A DNA stretch of 64,000 nucleotides from NCBI RefSeq assembly GCF_003991155.1, contig NZ_CP031293.1, one strand, 5' to 3'. Source of the DNA: Escherichia coli. GTDB taxonomy: Bacteria > Pseudomonadota > Gammaproteobacteria > Enterobacterales > Enterobacteriaceae. Numbering within the stretch: position 1 is the first letter of the stretch; each line of letters begins with the position of its first letter. Under the pieces are notes generated by a model. That model worked only from the letters and a program-made list of their open reading frames with translations, did no database searches and was not told the origin of the DNA. Below, piece after piece: positions 35,031 through 44,969 of this stretch. The translations under genes and the position numbers were made by a program.

Positions 35031-35756
35031 CTATTTATTAACAGGTAGTAATGTCAGATCGCCATAATGGGCTTGTCTATGGCAATTAGGACATAATGCA
35101 ATAGCATTTTCCACAGAGTCCTCCCCCCCCTTTGAAAGCCACTCAATATGATGAACTTCTAGAAATGGAGTACCATCTTCCTTTAGAAAAGGAGCATCTC
35201 GCTTACAATATTGACATTTTCCATTTGCACTCAAAAGAACTTCAGCAACTACATATGGGCTTCGTTTATAAACTCGTGTTGTTACTTCGATTAGTTCCGG
35301 GATTTTACTTTCTGTCGCTAAAATTTGCTTTCGTTCCACTGAAGATAATTTTGCAGCCGTCTCAACAGCTTCTTCGAAAACCGATTTTACTTGACGATAA
35401 CGCCACATCCCTTCTAAATCCTGGTATAATTCCCAAATACCGTGCACAGATGGTTGATAGATTTCAAAAATATTTCCACGCTTGAACAATCGGTCATACT
35501 TATGATGCCGATGAGTTACATCATCAGTTCGTCGGGCAGTTTTGTTGAAACTCCAGTAGCTCCGCTTACAATTAACTGTATTAGCAATTAAATTGAGCCA
35601 AGTATTATCTTTATAAGATGGAAATAGCTTTCTAAGATAATCATCTACCTGCTTAGCCGTTGCAGCCCCACCAAACTGATTAGCAATTATCTGTATGGTA
35701 ATAGCTCTTATCGGTTGATCGCCATACTTGTATTTTTTGCCTAAATTTTTAACCAT
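35031..35756 (-). CDS. HNH endonuclease, McrA-like C-terminal nuclease domain with distinct N-terminal domain
   Basis: C-terminal CQYC...EVHHIEWLSKGG...NAIALCPNCHRQAHY zinc-finger HNH motif, similar to what I recall of E. coli McrA; ~150-aa N-terminal region unrecognised. Confidence 0.75.
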   Translation of the reverse strand: MVKNLGKKYKYGDQPIRAITIQIIANQFGGAATAKQVDDYLRKLFPSYKDNTWLNLIANTVNCKRSYWSFNKTARRTDDVTHRHHKYDRLFKRGNIFEIYQPSVHGIWELYQDLEGMWRYRQVKSVFEEAVETAAKLSSVERKQILATESKIPELIEVTTRVYKRSPYVVAEVLLSANGKCQYCKRDAPFLKEDGTPFLEVHHIEWLSKGGEDSVENAIALCPNCHRQAHYGDLTLLPVNK

Positions 35757-35884
35757 AGAAGACTCACTAAGCCTAAATTCATCTTAAGTTATTATTGTAA
35801 ATTAGTTGTGAAAATTTTTGATCTCAGACAATAAAAATCTACAAATTATTAGCTGGTTATACACTAAGAAGGATACACGAATAA

Positions 35885-37222
35885 CTAAGTCTCCCAACAA
35901 AGACCATCGATCACATAACAAACGGTGGAAAGTGGGAATGTGTGCAGATAACGCTGGGTAATCCCTACTCCACTCTTTTCATGACCTACCACCTGTTGCA
36001 GATGCGCCAAATTACTCACCCAACCAGCTAAACAAGTAGAAATCATAGTATGCCGGAAACTATGCACCAAGCGCCGCTGCCCATAATCATCAAGATAAGG
36101 AATATCAAGCTGATCACGAACATCTGAAAGAACTTTACCTATCTTTGACATATTTCGACCTGAGACTTCCGAAAAGATTTTCTCTTTCCATTGGCGGTTA
36201 ACAAAATCCAGAAACCCCCACTCAATCAGTTTGGGATGAATCACTACCTGTCTTGTAGCATTCTCAGTTTTACCCAGCCTTCTTTCCGCGATCAGAAGAT
36301 AGTGCCGCTGGCTATCTTCATCAAATTTGATCTGCGACTTCTCCAGTTTAGCAATCTCACCTCTTCTGGCTCCTGTGTACGCCAACAACAAAGTGATCCA
36401 CTTCTGCCATCCATCAGGCTGCTTTAGTGCCCATCCTACAAATTTTTTCATTTCTGCTGCACTGTATGCACCAAACCTAGCTTTGGATGGTGCCGCTACT
36501 ATTCCATCAGTCGGAGACTTAGATAGAATATCTTTGTTTTCAGTCAGAAATGTTTTGAATAACGATTTGTAGATTTTAAGGTGCTTATGTACAGCCTCAG
36601 CACCAACTAAATCCTCTGGCAGCACATCATCACATTCGATTAGTTGCTGAATAGTCATTGACCTATACGGTTGCACTACACGCTTTGGTAAGTTTTCGAC
36701 AGTTTCCATTACTCGCTTAATATCTTGTTTGGTGATTGCCGTTACGTCTGTTTCTTTTCCCAAGACAACAAGCAATACCTCCATATAACGCTCATTTGCC
36801 ATTGAGATCGATTTTGTCCAATTTCGACCTCTTTCCTCCTTGTACATAGCCCACGCATCAGCAAGTGTTAGCACCTTTTCCGGTTTGGCTGGTGGTTGAA
36901 GCTGCAAAACTTCTTTAGAAATATTGTTCAATTGCTGAGGGAGTGGCAACGGAATCATTACGTTACGTGACGAAGCGATCAAGTTTGAAACAAACTTATT
37001 AAATTGTGGCAACGGAGTAGCGAGTGATTTAACGAAAGGAATGTGCGGAGTAAGGCCAATCATCAACGCCGATGCTTCGCGATAACTGTCAGTAAAAAGT
37101 GATTTTTTGTATATCCGACCATCCGAAAGCCGGATTTGTAGATAGTAATTACCGTTTCGCTGAAATGTGTATGGGAGAGTTCTTGACCTCATAAACGCCC
37201 CCTTTTTGTACCTTAACAGCAT
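35885..37222 (-). CDS. Tyrosine site-specific integrase
   Basis: 445 aa; C-terminal catalytic region with HSFRHT and GITQRYLH; starts 53 bp from the right direct repeat. Confidence 0.85.
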   Translation of the reverse strand: MLLRYKKGAFMRSRTLPYTFQRNGNYYLQIRLSDGRIYKKSLFTDSYREASALMIGLTPHIPFVKSLATPLPQFNKFVSNLIASSRNVMIPLPLPQQLNNISKEVLQLQPPAKPEKVLTLADAWAMYKEERGRNWTKSISMANERYMEVLLVVLGKETDVTAITKQDIKRVMETVENLPKRVVQPYRSMTIQQLIECDDVLPEDLVGAEAVHKHLKIYKSLFKTFLTENKDILSKSPTDGIVAAPSKARFGAYSAAEMKKFVGWALKQPDGWQKWITLLLAYTGARRGEIAKLEKSQIKFDEDSQRHYLLIAERRLGKTENATRQVVIHPKLIEWGFLDFVNRQWKEKIFSEVSGRNMSKIGKVLSDVRDQLDIPYLDDYGQRRLVHSFRHTMISTCLAGWVSNLAHLQQVVGHEKSGVGITQRYLHTFPLSTVCYVIDGLCWET

Positions 37223-37275
37223 GATTTATGGTCAAAAAGAGATACAACCACATAATTTTCAAGACTATTTTGGCC

Positions 37276-37357
37276 CCCTACGCTGGCATTATCCAGATCA
37301 GGTGATACGGGTATTTCTCAGCCTTCACGCAGAAGGGCACCCCGAGTCGTTTGGTTG
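37276..37357. repeat. 82-bp direct repeat, right copy (attR-like); duplicate of the thiM aptamer segment
   Basis: Identical to 29544..29625; followed by native sequence leading into rcnR. Confidence 0.9.
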
Positions 37358-37445
37358 CGATGATAAATCGCAAAGGAGGATGGTAATGTCCAGCGCACGC
37401 GTTGTAAACGAGGAAAAACGGCAGTTTTACAATCGCGTTAATAAA

Positions 37446-37718
37446 TTATTTGATATATGAATCCAGCACCTTCAGAACGACATCCAGATCTTCTTCACGT
37501 TTTAGCTCATCCCCCTGGTGAACGATGTGTTCCGTCAGATGACCTTTAATCACTTCCCGCATCAGACCGTTTACCGCGCCACGGATAGCAGCAATCTGTT
37601 GTAAAACTGCAGCGCATTCGTGCGGCTCGTCGAGCATTTTCTTGAGCGCCACGACCTGGCCCTGAATCTTACTGGCACGCGCTTTCAGTTTCTGTTTATC
37701 ACGGATGGTATGAGACAT
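37446..37718 (-). CDS. rcnR: Ni/Co-responsive repressor RcnR
   Basis: 90-aa ORF, CsoR/RcnR family; divergent from rcnA. Confidence 0.9.
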
Positions 37719-37766
37719 GGCAACACCTGGTTAACAAGAATATGAAAAATCATAGCACTATTAATC

Positions 37767-37801
37767 TACTGGGGGGTAGTATCAGGTACTGGGGGGGAGT
37801 A
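37767..37801. promoter_or_regulatory. RcnR operator sites (TACT-G6/7-AGTA) in the rcnR-rcnA intergenic region
   Basis: TACTGGGGGGTAGTA and TACTGGGGGGGAGTA, 5 bp apart; matches the RcnR recognition motif as I recall it. Confidence 0.7.
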
Positions 37802-37838
37802 GAATCAGATTGCCGAATTAATACTAAGAATTATTATC

Positions 37839-38648
<810 letters not shown>

Positions 38649-38866
38649 CTCAATCCTTTAGGCTTGCATGTTATCTTCAGCCCAGGATGATTCTTAAATC
38701 AGCTATTTCCGCTGACTCTCTGCTCGCTAAGGATGCTTTTAGGGCATCCTTTCATTTACACTTTTTACGAAATCATGGGATCACTAACAAAATATCGCTT
38801 GTCAGTTATATTGTATGGCAGGAAAGATATGCGACTGATATTACAGATCCCCAAAGTGGAGAGTTT

Positions 38867-39205
38867 ATGACCATTAAAAATAAGATGTTGCTGGGTGCGC
38901 TTTTGCTGGTTACCAGTGCCGCCTGGGCCGCACCAGCCACCGCGGGTTCGACCAATACCTCGGGAATTTCTAAGTATGAGTTAAGCAGTTTCATTGCTGA
39001 CTTTAAGCATTTCAAACCAGGTGACACCGTACCAGAAATGTACCGTACCGATGAGTACAACATTAAGCAGTGGCAGTTACGTAACCTGCCCGCGCCTGAT
39101 GCCGGGACGCACTGGACCTATATGGGTGGCGCGTACGTGTTGATCAGCGACACCGACGGTAAAATCATTAAAGCCTACGACGGTGAGATTTTTTATCATC
39201 GCTAA
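38867..39205 (+). CDS. rcnB: Periplasmic Ni/Co homeostasis protein RcnB
   Basis: Start at MTIKNKMLLGALLLVTSAAWA (signal peptide) inside the longer 38687 ORF; 112 aa. Confidence 0.8.
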   Translation: MTIKNKMLLGALLLVTSAAWAAPATAGSTNTSGISKYELSSFIADFKHFKPGDTVPEMYRTDEYNIKQWQLRNLPAPDAGTHWTYMGGAYVLISDTDGKIIKAYDGEIFYHR

Positions 39206-39230
39206 AAAAAGCCCCCTCGGAGAGAGGGGG
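39204..39230 (-). terminator. Rho-independent terminator downstream of yehA
   Basis: Hairpin CCCCCTC-GGAGA-GAGGGGG preceded on the plus strand by A7 (U7 on minus); approximate. Confidence 0.55.
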
Positions 39231-39286
39231 AAATGCAAACACCTTGTTATTTTTTATTATTAGCCACTTGCTCGTCTTGCTTATTA

Positions 39287-40321
39287 TTAGTCGTATTTCA
39301 CATTGATTAATGCGGTTGCCTCCAGTGCGCCAGATTTAACTTTGTTTGTATCGTAAACGTAGTAACTGGCCGTTATCGGAATTGAAACCGTTGTATCTGT
39401 AAGTTTTGACTTTGCCGCAATTTCTTTTAAATTTGTATATCCTTTACTGCTGTTAGTGATATTTAAAAGTGTGACTGGCGTACCATTACTTTCAAGAATA
39501 AATCCTACGCCATTATCTTCCGCACCTTTCAGGATCGTGTTGCTGTTGGTTAACAAGTCAGAACTTGATAAATACACCTGCATTTTCCGTGATGTTTGAT
39601 TTTGTTGACCTAATAAGTTTTTACAACGCAGAACAATATCCCCTTTGTTACTATTTATTGTTGCTTTGTTACCTGTAGCTGGTAATTGTGAAACGGGAAT
39701 ACTCTCTAACGTAATTAATAAATCGTCCGGTTTGCAGGTTGTGGTTATCGGGTTGTATGACAATGTCAGATTAAAGGAATAGACACCTGCATTTTGTGCC
39801 AATGCATTTCTGTAGCTATTTACACATGCATCCCATGACTTGCCACCGAATAAACACAGTAAAAATTGTACTGCAGCACTCCCGCGTGTCGATGATGAAG
39901 CACTGGATAATGTCGCAACACCATTAATCATCACTGAACCGCCGCCCCCCGCAGAAACATTCACTTTTGCATTACTGGCCGCAGGTGTCACCGTTACCGA
40001 ATAACCACTGGTGAAACTGGTCTGAGTATTTGACAACGTGATGTTGTTTTTATTGGTCCATTCAAAATGTAAATTTAATTTAATGGTATCGTTATAAAGT
40101 CCAACAATAATATCCGACGGGCTCATAGGGGTGATAGTATTTGTACTCACGCATGACGAATCATTAAAATTATGCTCATATGTCGCCATTTGTGTTTGAG
40201 TAAGTGCAAAATCCCCCTGAACAACCAAATTGTGCTGAACAGATAACTCACTATAACATGCTGCATAGCTCACAGGCATAACCATCATTATTAATATAAA
40301 TAGCATTATGCGAATTTCCAT
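39287..40321 (-). CDS. yehA: Chaperone-usher fimbrial tip adhesin-like protein YehA
   Basis: 344-aa ORF with signal peptide; last gene of yehDCBA. Confidence 0.85.
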   Translation of the reverse strand: MEIRIMLFILIMMVMPVSYAACYSELSVQHNLVVQGDFALTQTQMATYEHNFNDSSCVSTNTITPMSPSDIIVGLYNDTIKLNLHFEWTNKNNITLSNTQTSFTSGYSVTVTPAASNAKVNVSAGGGGSVMINGVATLSSASSSTRGSAAVQFLLCLFGGKSWDACVNSYRNALAQNAGVYSFNLTLSYNPITTTCKPDDLLITLESIPVSQLPATGNKATINSNKGDIVLRCKNLLGQQNQTSRKMQVYLSSSDLLTNSNTILKGAEDNGVGFILESNGTPVTLLNITNSSKGYTNLKEIAAKSKLTDTTVSIPITASYYVYDTNKVKSGALEATALINVKYD

Positions 40322-40336
40322 AGAACCACCTGACTA

Positions 40337-42832
40337 TTACTGGCAAATATAATTTTTACTTTCATCAATCTCTTTACCGAAGGTGATTGTGCATGAAAGC
40401 CCTTGTTGCTTATCAATTGCCACATTAACCGATGGCGGTACTTCATTGGTGCGAATAAATAACTGGCTTCCCTGGCCGACAACACCAATATTATGACCAT
40501 GGATATCATTGACTTCATAACCAAACGTTAATGGTTGCCCATCCGCTCTTAATGCTTTTATAAACCATGGCTTGCGCTGATCGGTATCAAAATTAACCAG
40601 TACAACCGCGCCGCGATAAGGGGCGGCAATTTTCCGGTTGCCACGTAATTCTGCTTCGCTATCGCTTTGTGACACATCCAACATCAGGTAATTTTCCCGA
40701 TAAGGTGTCATTCCGTCGTATACCACCACTCCATTACGGTTTGTTGTGCGATATTTTTGCCCATTGACATAAGCATCTTTAATTCCTGGCGCATTCATCA
40801 CAGCAAACGTTTCAGAAAGACGGTTTGCCAGATTAACGCCACCCGACCAGGCGACAATGCCCCCTGAAACACTGGCTCCAGCCTGTCGATAAGCACTCGA
40901 CTGACTATAACTGCCATTCACTGTCGCAACCGGCGCGTTCCAGGTTAAATTCGCCCCAGCTGTCGTTTCATTTCCCTGATACTGATAACTCAGGTTGACC
41001 CCATAGTTAAACTGATCCCGGCTTCCAACGGTTCCTGATAATCCCGTATTATTTGAGGCAACCCCCTGATCATCAAACGTCGTTGAGTTAGACATATATA
41101 TTTGCCGACGAGGCGTCGTAACGTCATCACCCCAATCAAAGGGAATCGATATAAAAATATTAAAACGTTTCTCTTCATGATGATTCTCGTCATAAGCCTG
41201 GCTTGCCGCGAGGGTATAGCTTATCCGTCGCAGGTTGTTGGAATAACTCAACTGATAATCCTTACTACTGCCGCTACGCCCCCAGTAATCTCGCCATAAC
41301 GTACTTAATGACACAGAACCCCAGCCTTCTGGCAATGACTGGCTCATATTAGCAGAAAAGCTATTTTTACGGCCAAAATCGTTCTGGTAATAATCGGCAA
41401 TGTCATAGATATCGTTTTCATCACGGCGATAATTATCTTTATTGTTTGCCCAAACGTGATCGTTAAATGTCCGGTAATCACGCGACGAATAACGCCAGGC
41501 TGCCAGACCAAAACGCGTCGACGTTTGGCTCACAAATTTGTTGTAGGCAATTTGATAACTTTGCCCGTCAAACACATCGCCGTTGTCTTGTTTACTATGC
41601 GACTTCGTGGCATCGACGGAAATGGCACCAATGCGTGTATTCCAGCCAGTCCCCAAAGTGAACGCGTAATAATTATTCGCGACCATCGATCCGCCATACA
41701 GCGTCAATAAGTTATTAAAACCATACTGATAACCCGCCTGAACAAAATCACTTTGTTTGCTCGCCCCTTCAATATGGCTACGACCTGCCGCAAAATCATA
41801 TTTCGACACGCCGGGTTGCAGCATATTCGGCACTGCTGCATAAGGCACCAGATAGGTGGTTACCGAACCGTCCGCCTCTTTCACGCTGACATCAAGATCT
41901 GCTCCACCACCGGCCAACTGCAAATCTGTAATCGCAAACGGGCCAGGAGGAACCTCTTTCTGATAAACCACAAAACCGTTCTGTTCAATAGTTACCAGCG
42001 CGTTACTCTGAGCAATCCCCTGCACCCGTGGCGTAAAATTCTGTTTCGAGTTAGGCAACATCTGCATATCACGAAACAACCGCACACCGCTGAAGCGAAC
42101 AGAATCAAAAATATCGCTTGATGTGTACATATCACCCACGCGAAGCGTGCCGAGAAGTTGGGCAAATCCACGTTCCAGATACAGGGTATTGCTTTTCCAC
42201 ACCCCTGGATTGCTATTTGTTTTACTGAAACTGGCATCAGAATGCAGTTGCCACCCCAGTAAGTTTAACCCGCTGTTAAAACGTACATATGTACTCTTGC
42301 TATTACCCGACGCTTTATAGTCGCTGTAATACTGACTCACATAATAAGAGGTATAAAACGCATTAATACCCCGCTCCCAGTTTTCCGGTGGAACATAGCC
42401 ACTTTCCAGTTCTTCCACCCACGCCTGCGGGACACTGAAATCGAGACGAAAAACTCCGATATCCCAGGTATAGCTCCCACCCTGAACAAGTTGCTCAAAT
42501 GTTAAACATTGCTTACCGCTGGCAAAGTTATCGGTATTAATGCCTAACCGCTTGATAATTTCCCTTGATAAACATGTTTCTTGCGGGTTGTCTTTAACAA
42601 TAATCTCATATTTCCCGCGCCATTGCTTATTGACATAAATATCGATGTCATACTGCCCCGGCAAGGGTTGATTATCATCAAGACGAATATTTGCAACCTG
42701 CTGGTCTTTCATTCCACCTATCATAAAATGGGTATCAAAGGTTTCTTCAGCTGCATAAGCTTCAATGCCGAGCAATAACGCTACGATTGCTGATGCAAGT
42801 GGGGTCATTCTCAACATAGGCAGCTCCTGCAA
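40337..42832 (-). CDS. yehB: Fimbrial outer-membrane usher YehB
   Basis: 831-aa usher-like ORF; true start possibly at MLRMTPL (42817). Confidence 0.85.
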   Translation of the reverse strand: MQELPMLRMTPLASAIVALLLGIEAYAAEETFDTHFMIGGMKDQQVANIRLDDNQPLPGQYDIDIYVNKQWRGKYEIIVKDNPQETCLSREIIKRLGINTDNFASGKQCLTFEQLVQGGSYTWDIGVFRLDFSVPQAWVEELESGYVPPENWERGINAFYTSYYVSQYYSDYKASGNSKSTYVRFNSGLNLLGWQLHSDASFSKTNSNPGVWKSNTLYLERGFAQLLGTLRVGDMYTSSDIFDSVRFSGVRLFRDMQMLPNSKQNFTPRVQGIAQSNALVTIEQNGFVVYQKEVPPGPFAITDLQLAGGGADLDVSVKEADGSVTTYLVPYAAVPNMLQPGVSKYDFAAGRSHIEGASKQSDFVQAGYQYGFNNLLTLYGGSMVANNYYAFTLGTGWNTRIGAISVDATKSHSKQDNGDVFDGQSYQIAYNKFVSQTSTRFGLAAWRYSSRDYRTFNDHVWANNKDNYRRDENDIYDIADYYQNDFGRKNSFSANMSQSLPEGWGSVSLSTLWRDYWGRSGSSKDYQLSYSNNLRRISYTLAASQAYDENHHEEKRFNIFISIPFDWGDDVTTPRRQIYMSNSTTFDDQGVASNNTGLSGTVGSRDQFNYGVNLSYQYQGNETTAGANLTWNAPVATVNGSYSQSSAYRQAGASVSGGIVAWSGGVNLANRLSETFAVMNAPGIKDAYVNGQKYRTTNRNGVVVYDGMTPYRENYLMLDVSQSDSEAELRGNRKIAAPYRGAVVLVNFDTDQRKPWFIKALRADGQPLTFGYEVNDIHGHNIGVVGQGSQLFIRTNEVPPSVNVAIDKQQGLSCTITFGKEIDESKNYICQ

Positions 42833-43507
42833 TTAAATTTTGTCACTAATATAGTTGCCATGGTCATCGATAATGGTCAGATGCCAGTTATTCGCATTAT
42901 TACTTTTGACATTAATACTCTGACTTTCTAAGGGGGCAATCATAATAGTTTCATAATTGACTTTGACATTATTAGCTTTGACATCCGAAATCGTCACCCA
43001 ATTTGCTGAGTCATTTTTTATCACCAATCCATTGCCACTGCGATTTACCCGTAACTTTTTAAATGTCGCTTTATTTACCGGTGCAATACCCGCAGGCCGG
43101 TAAAACAATTTGATTCTGTTTTGCATTGCAAATTTCAGTGCATTCTTGCCCTCTTGCTCTGGACTATTTGGTGGAATATCCAGAACATTCAGATAAAAAA
43201 TGCTCTCTTTATTAGTGGGCAGTTTATTCGGCATAATTTTGATTTTTACTTGCTGCCCGGAATTTGCCCCTATTTTTGCCACTGGTGGCGTTAACATGAA
43301 AGGAACCTGAATTTTTTCTGGTGGTAACGACGTATCACCATCATCAATCCACGCCTGCAGCAGCGAAGAACGGTTTCCCTGATTCATCAACTGCACCATC
43401 ACTTCTTTATTTTCTGCCGGGTAAATAATACGCGTCCCGTAGATAACAATACCGGCATGTGCAGGAAGGACCATAGAAGAAATGAGTAAAGCAAATAATC
43501 CTTTCAT
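42833..43507 (-). CDS. yehC: Fimbrial periplasmic chaperone YehC
   Basis: 224-aa ORF with signal peptide, PapD-like. Confidence 0.85.
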   Translation of the reverse strand: MKGLFALLISSMVLPAHAGIVIYGTRIIYPAENKEVMVQLMNQGNRSSLLQAWIDDGDTSLPPEKIQVPFMLTPPVAKIGANSGQQVKIKIMPNKLPTNKESIFYLNVLDIPPNSPEQEGKNALKFAMQNRIKLFYRPAGIAPVNKATFKKLRVNRSGNGLVIKNDSANWVTISDVKANNVKVNYETIMIAPLESQSINVKSNNANNWHLTIIDDHGNYISDKI

Positions 43508-43587
43508 CTTAATGCCTCTTAAATTAAAAGGCCGCCATGGGGATAGCGGCCATGTTTATTACCTGGAGAAACTTGAAATTTTATTTA

Positions 43588-44130
43588 TTAATCCTGCGCC
43601 ACACGCATAACCAGAGAAGATAACACATCACCTGATTGCACTGAATTATCTGTCAGCTTCAGGTATTTTGCTTTAAACGGAATAGCATATTGACCTTCCG
43701 CTGTTTTATAACTCTCAATGTTAAAAGGTGCAGAAACATCCAGGACATCGCTGTTATCACCTAAATAGAGATAGTACCCCACGGTATCGTTGCTACTGGC
43801 TATCGCCTTATCGTTTCCGGTTATTTTATCGTTGGTAATCAACGAGAGTTTTACACCAGCAACTTCTTTCGGACAGCTAATTTTTAACATGCTGCTGGTT
43901 ACACCGACTGCATCATCATAGGTCGAGTATTTAGCTTTACCTTCAAAGACAGTGGTTGGTACAGTTGGCATATTAATACTTACTGAATCGCCACCCGCTT
44001 CGAATTTACACGGAGATTCTGCAATATTCCCTTTAATGGTTAATGTTCCGGTATCAACGTCTGCGGCAAATACCCCAGCGCTCATAAAAAAAGAAGAAAA
44101 GACAGCGGCAGCAATAATTGAACGTTTCAT
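43588..44130 (-). CDS. yehD: Fimbrial major subunit YehD
   Basis: 180-aa ORF with signal peptide; AT-rich upstream region. Confidence 0.85.
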   Translation of the reverse strand: MKRSIIAAAVFSSFFMSAGVFAADVDTGTLTIKGNIAESPCKFEAGGDSVSINMPTVPTTVFEGKAKYSTYDDAVGVTSSMLKISCPKEVAGVKLSLITNDKITGNDKAIASSNDTVGYYLYLGDNSDVLDVSAPFNIESYKTAEGQYAIPFKAKYLKLTDNSVQSGDVLSSLVMRVAQD

Positions 44131-44425
44131 AATATGTTCCTTAATAAAATTTATTTTTTGGTTGTTAAGAGTCTGTATCTCTTAGAAACAAATTTCTCAC
44201 ATCAAAAAAGTTGCCGCAATGTAAACATATTGTTTTATTGATTTAAAGCAAATTAACTATTGCAATATAAATACAACAAATACTTAAGCATATTAAATAT
44301 TTATCACATCTATTAATTAATGCAGATTTTTGTAAATGGTATTATTTATATCAATAAAAAAGCTAAAATCATTCACACGAATGATTTCAGCTTTCTAAAT
44401 CCGATTAAAAAACCAGGGTGGCAAA

Positions 44426-44707
44426 TTAATCGTAGCGATTTAACACGATTCGACGTTTGCTATCGCTACCTGCAACAACCACTTCTGTCGTTACACCTTT
44501 GACTGGCGAAGAAACCTGATGACGGGTATCAACATCATACGTTAACTGACCACAATGCTGTTGAGGTTGTCCATTAACCATAGCCATACTGCATGTTGGG
44601 GGACTGATCCTGCCATTAATCGTTAATGTGGCAGTCTGTGAAGAGAACGCGGGAGAAGCCATTCCATAGGCAAGAAAAATAATTCCTGACAGCCAGTACT
44701 TATTCAT
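44426..44707 (-). CDS. yehE: Small exported protein YehE
   Basis: 93-aa ORF with signal peptide. Confidence 0.75.
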   Translation of the reverse strand: MNKYWLSGIIFLAYGMASPAFSSQTATLTINGRISPPTCSMAMVNGQPQQHCGQLTYDVDTRHQVSSPVKGVTTEVVVAGSDSKRRIVLNRYD

Positions 44708-44969
44708 TGAACGTTATCCCTGTAGTAAAGGTTATGCCTGGATAGAATGAGTGCATAACAAACTATAGCTGTACATCCACTACACAGCCACGAAGGATGA
44801 TAATGAAGCATTGCCTGTACGATCAATCGACTTTATAGAGTTTCGGACGAAGGTCCGCAGAATATTTGCAGCATTAAATAAGTGTTCATTAATGCGGCAA
44901 AAACAAATACACCGCATCAATGTAACATCTCTGCGGTGTATGAAAAGCAACCAAAAAGGTTTATACGCG

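Larger units (their letters stand above)
29626..37275. mobile_element. Integrated genomic island (~7.65 kb) bounded by 82-bp direct repeats, with tyrosine integrase at the right end
   Basis: Inserted between thiM leader and rcnR; flanking direct repeats; integrase, Rep-like and recombinase genes; AT-rich. Confidence 0.85.

Noticed and set aside
37205-37212. TTTGTACC motif near both island ends (also ~29713-29720) as integrase arm sites
   Set aside because: An 8-bp match is weak evidence, and the right-hand copy lies inside the integrase coding sequence.
39204-39230. Hairpin after rcnB considered as the plus-strand rcnB terminator
   Set aside because: The U-tract is only on the minus strand, so it was assigned as the terminator of the convergent yeh operon; weak bidirectional activity cannot be excluded.
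44891-44940. Possible terminator hairpin downstream of mrp
   Set aside because: Two alternative stems with large loops and an interrupted U-tract; too ambiguous to call.
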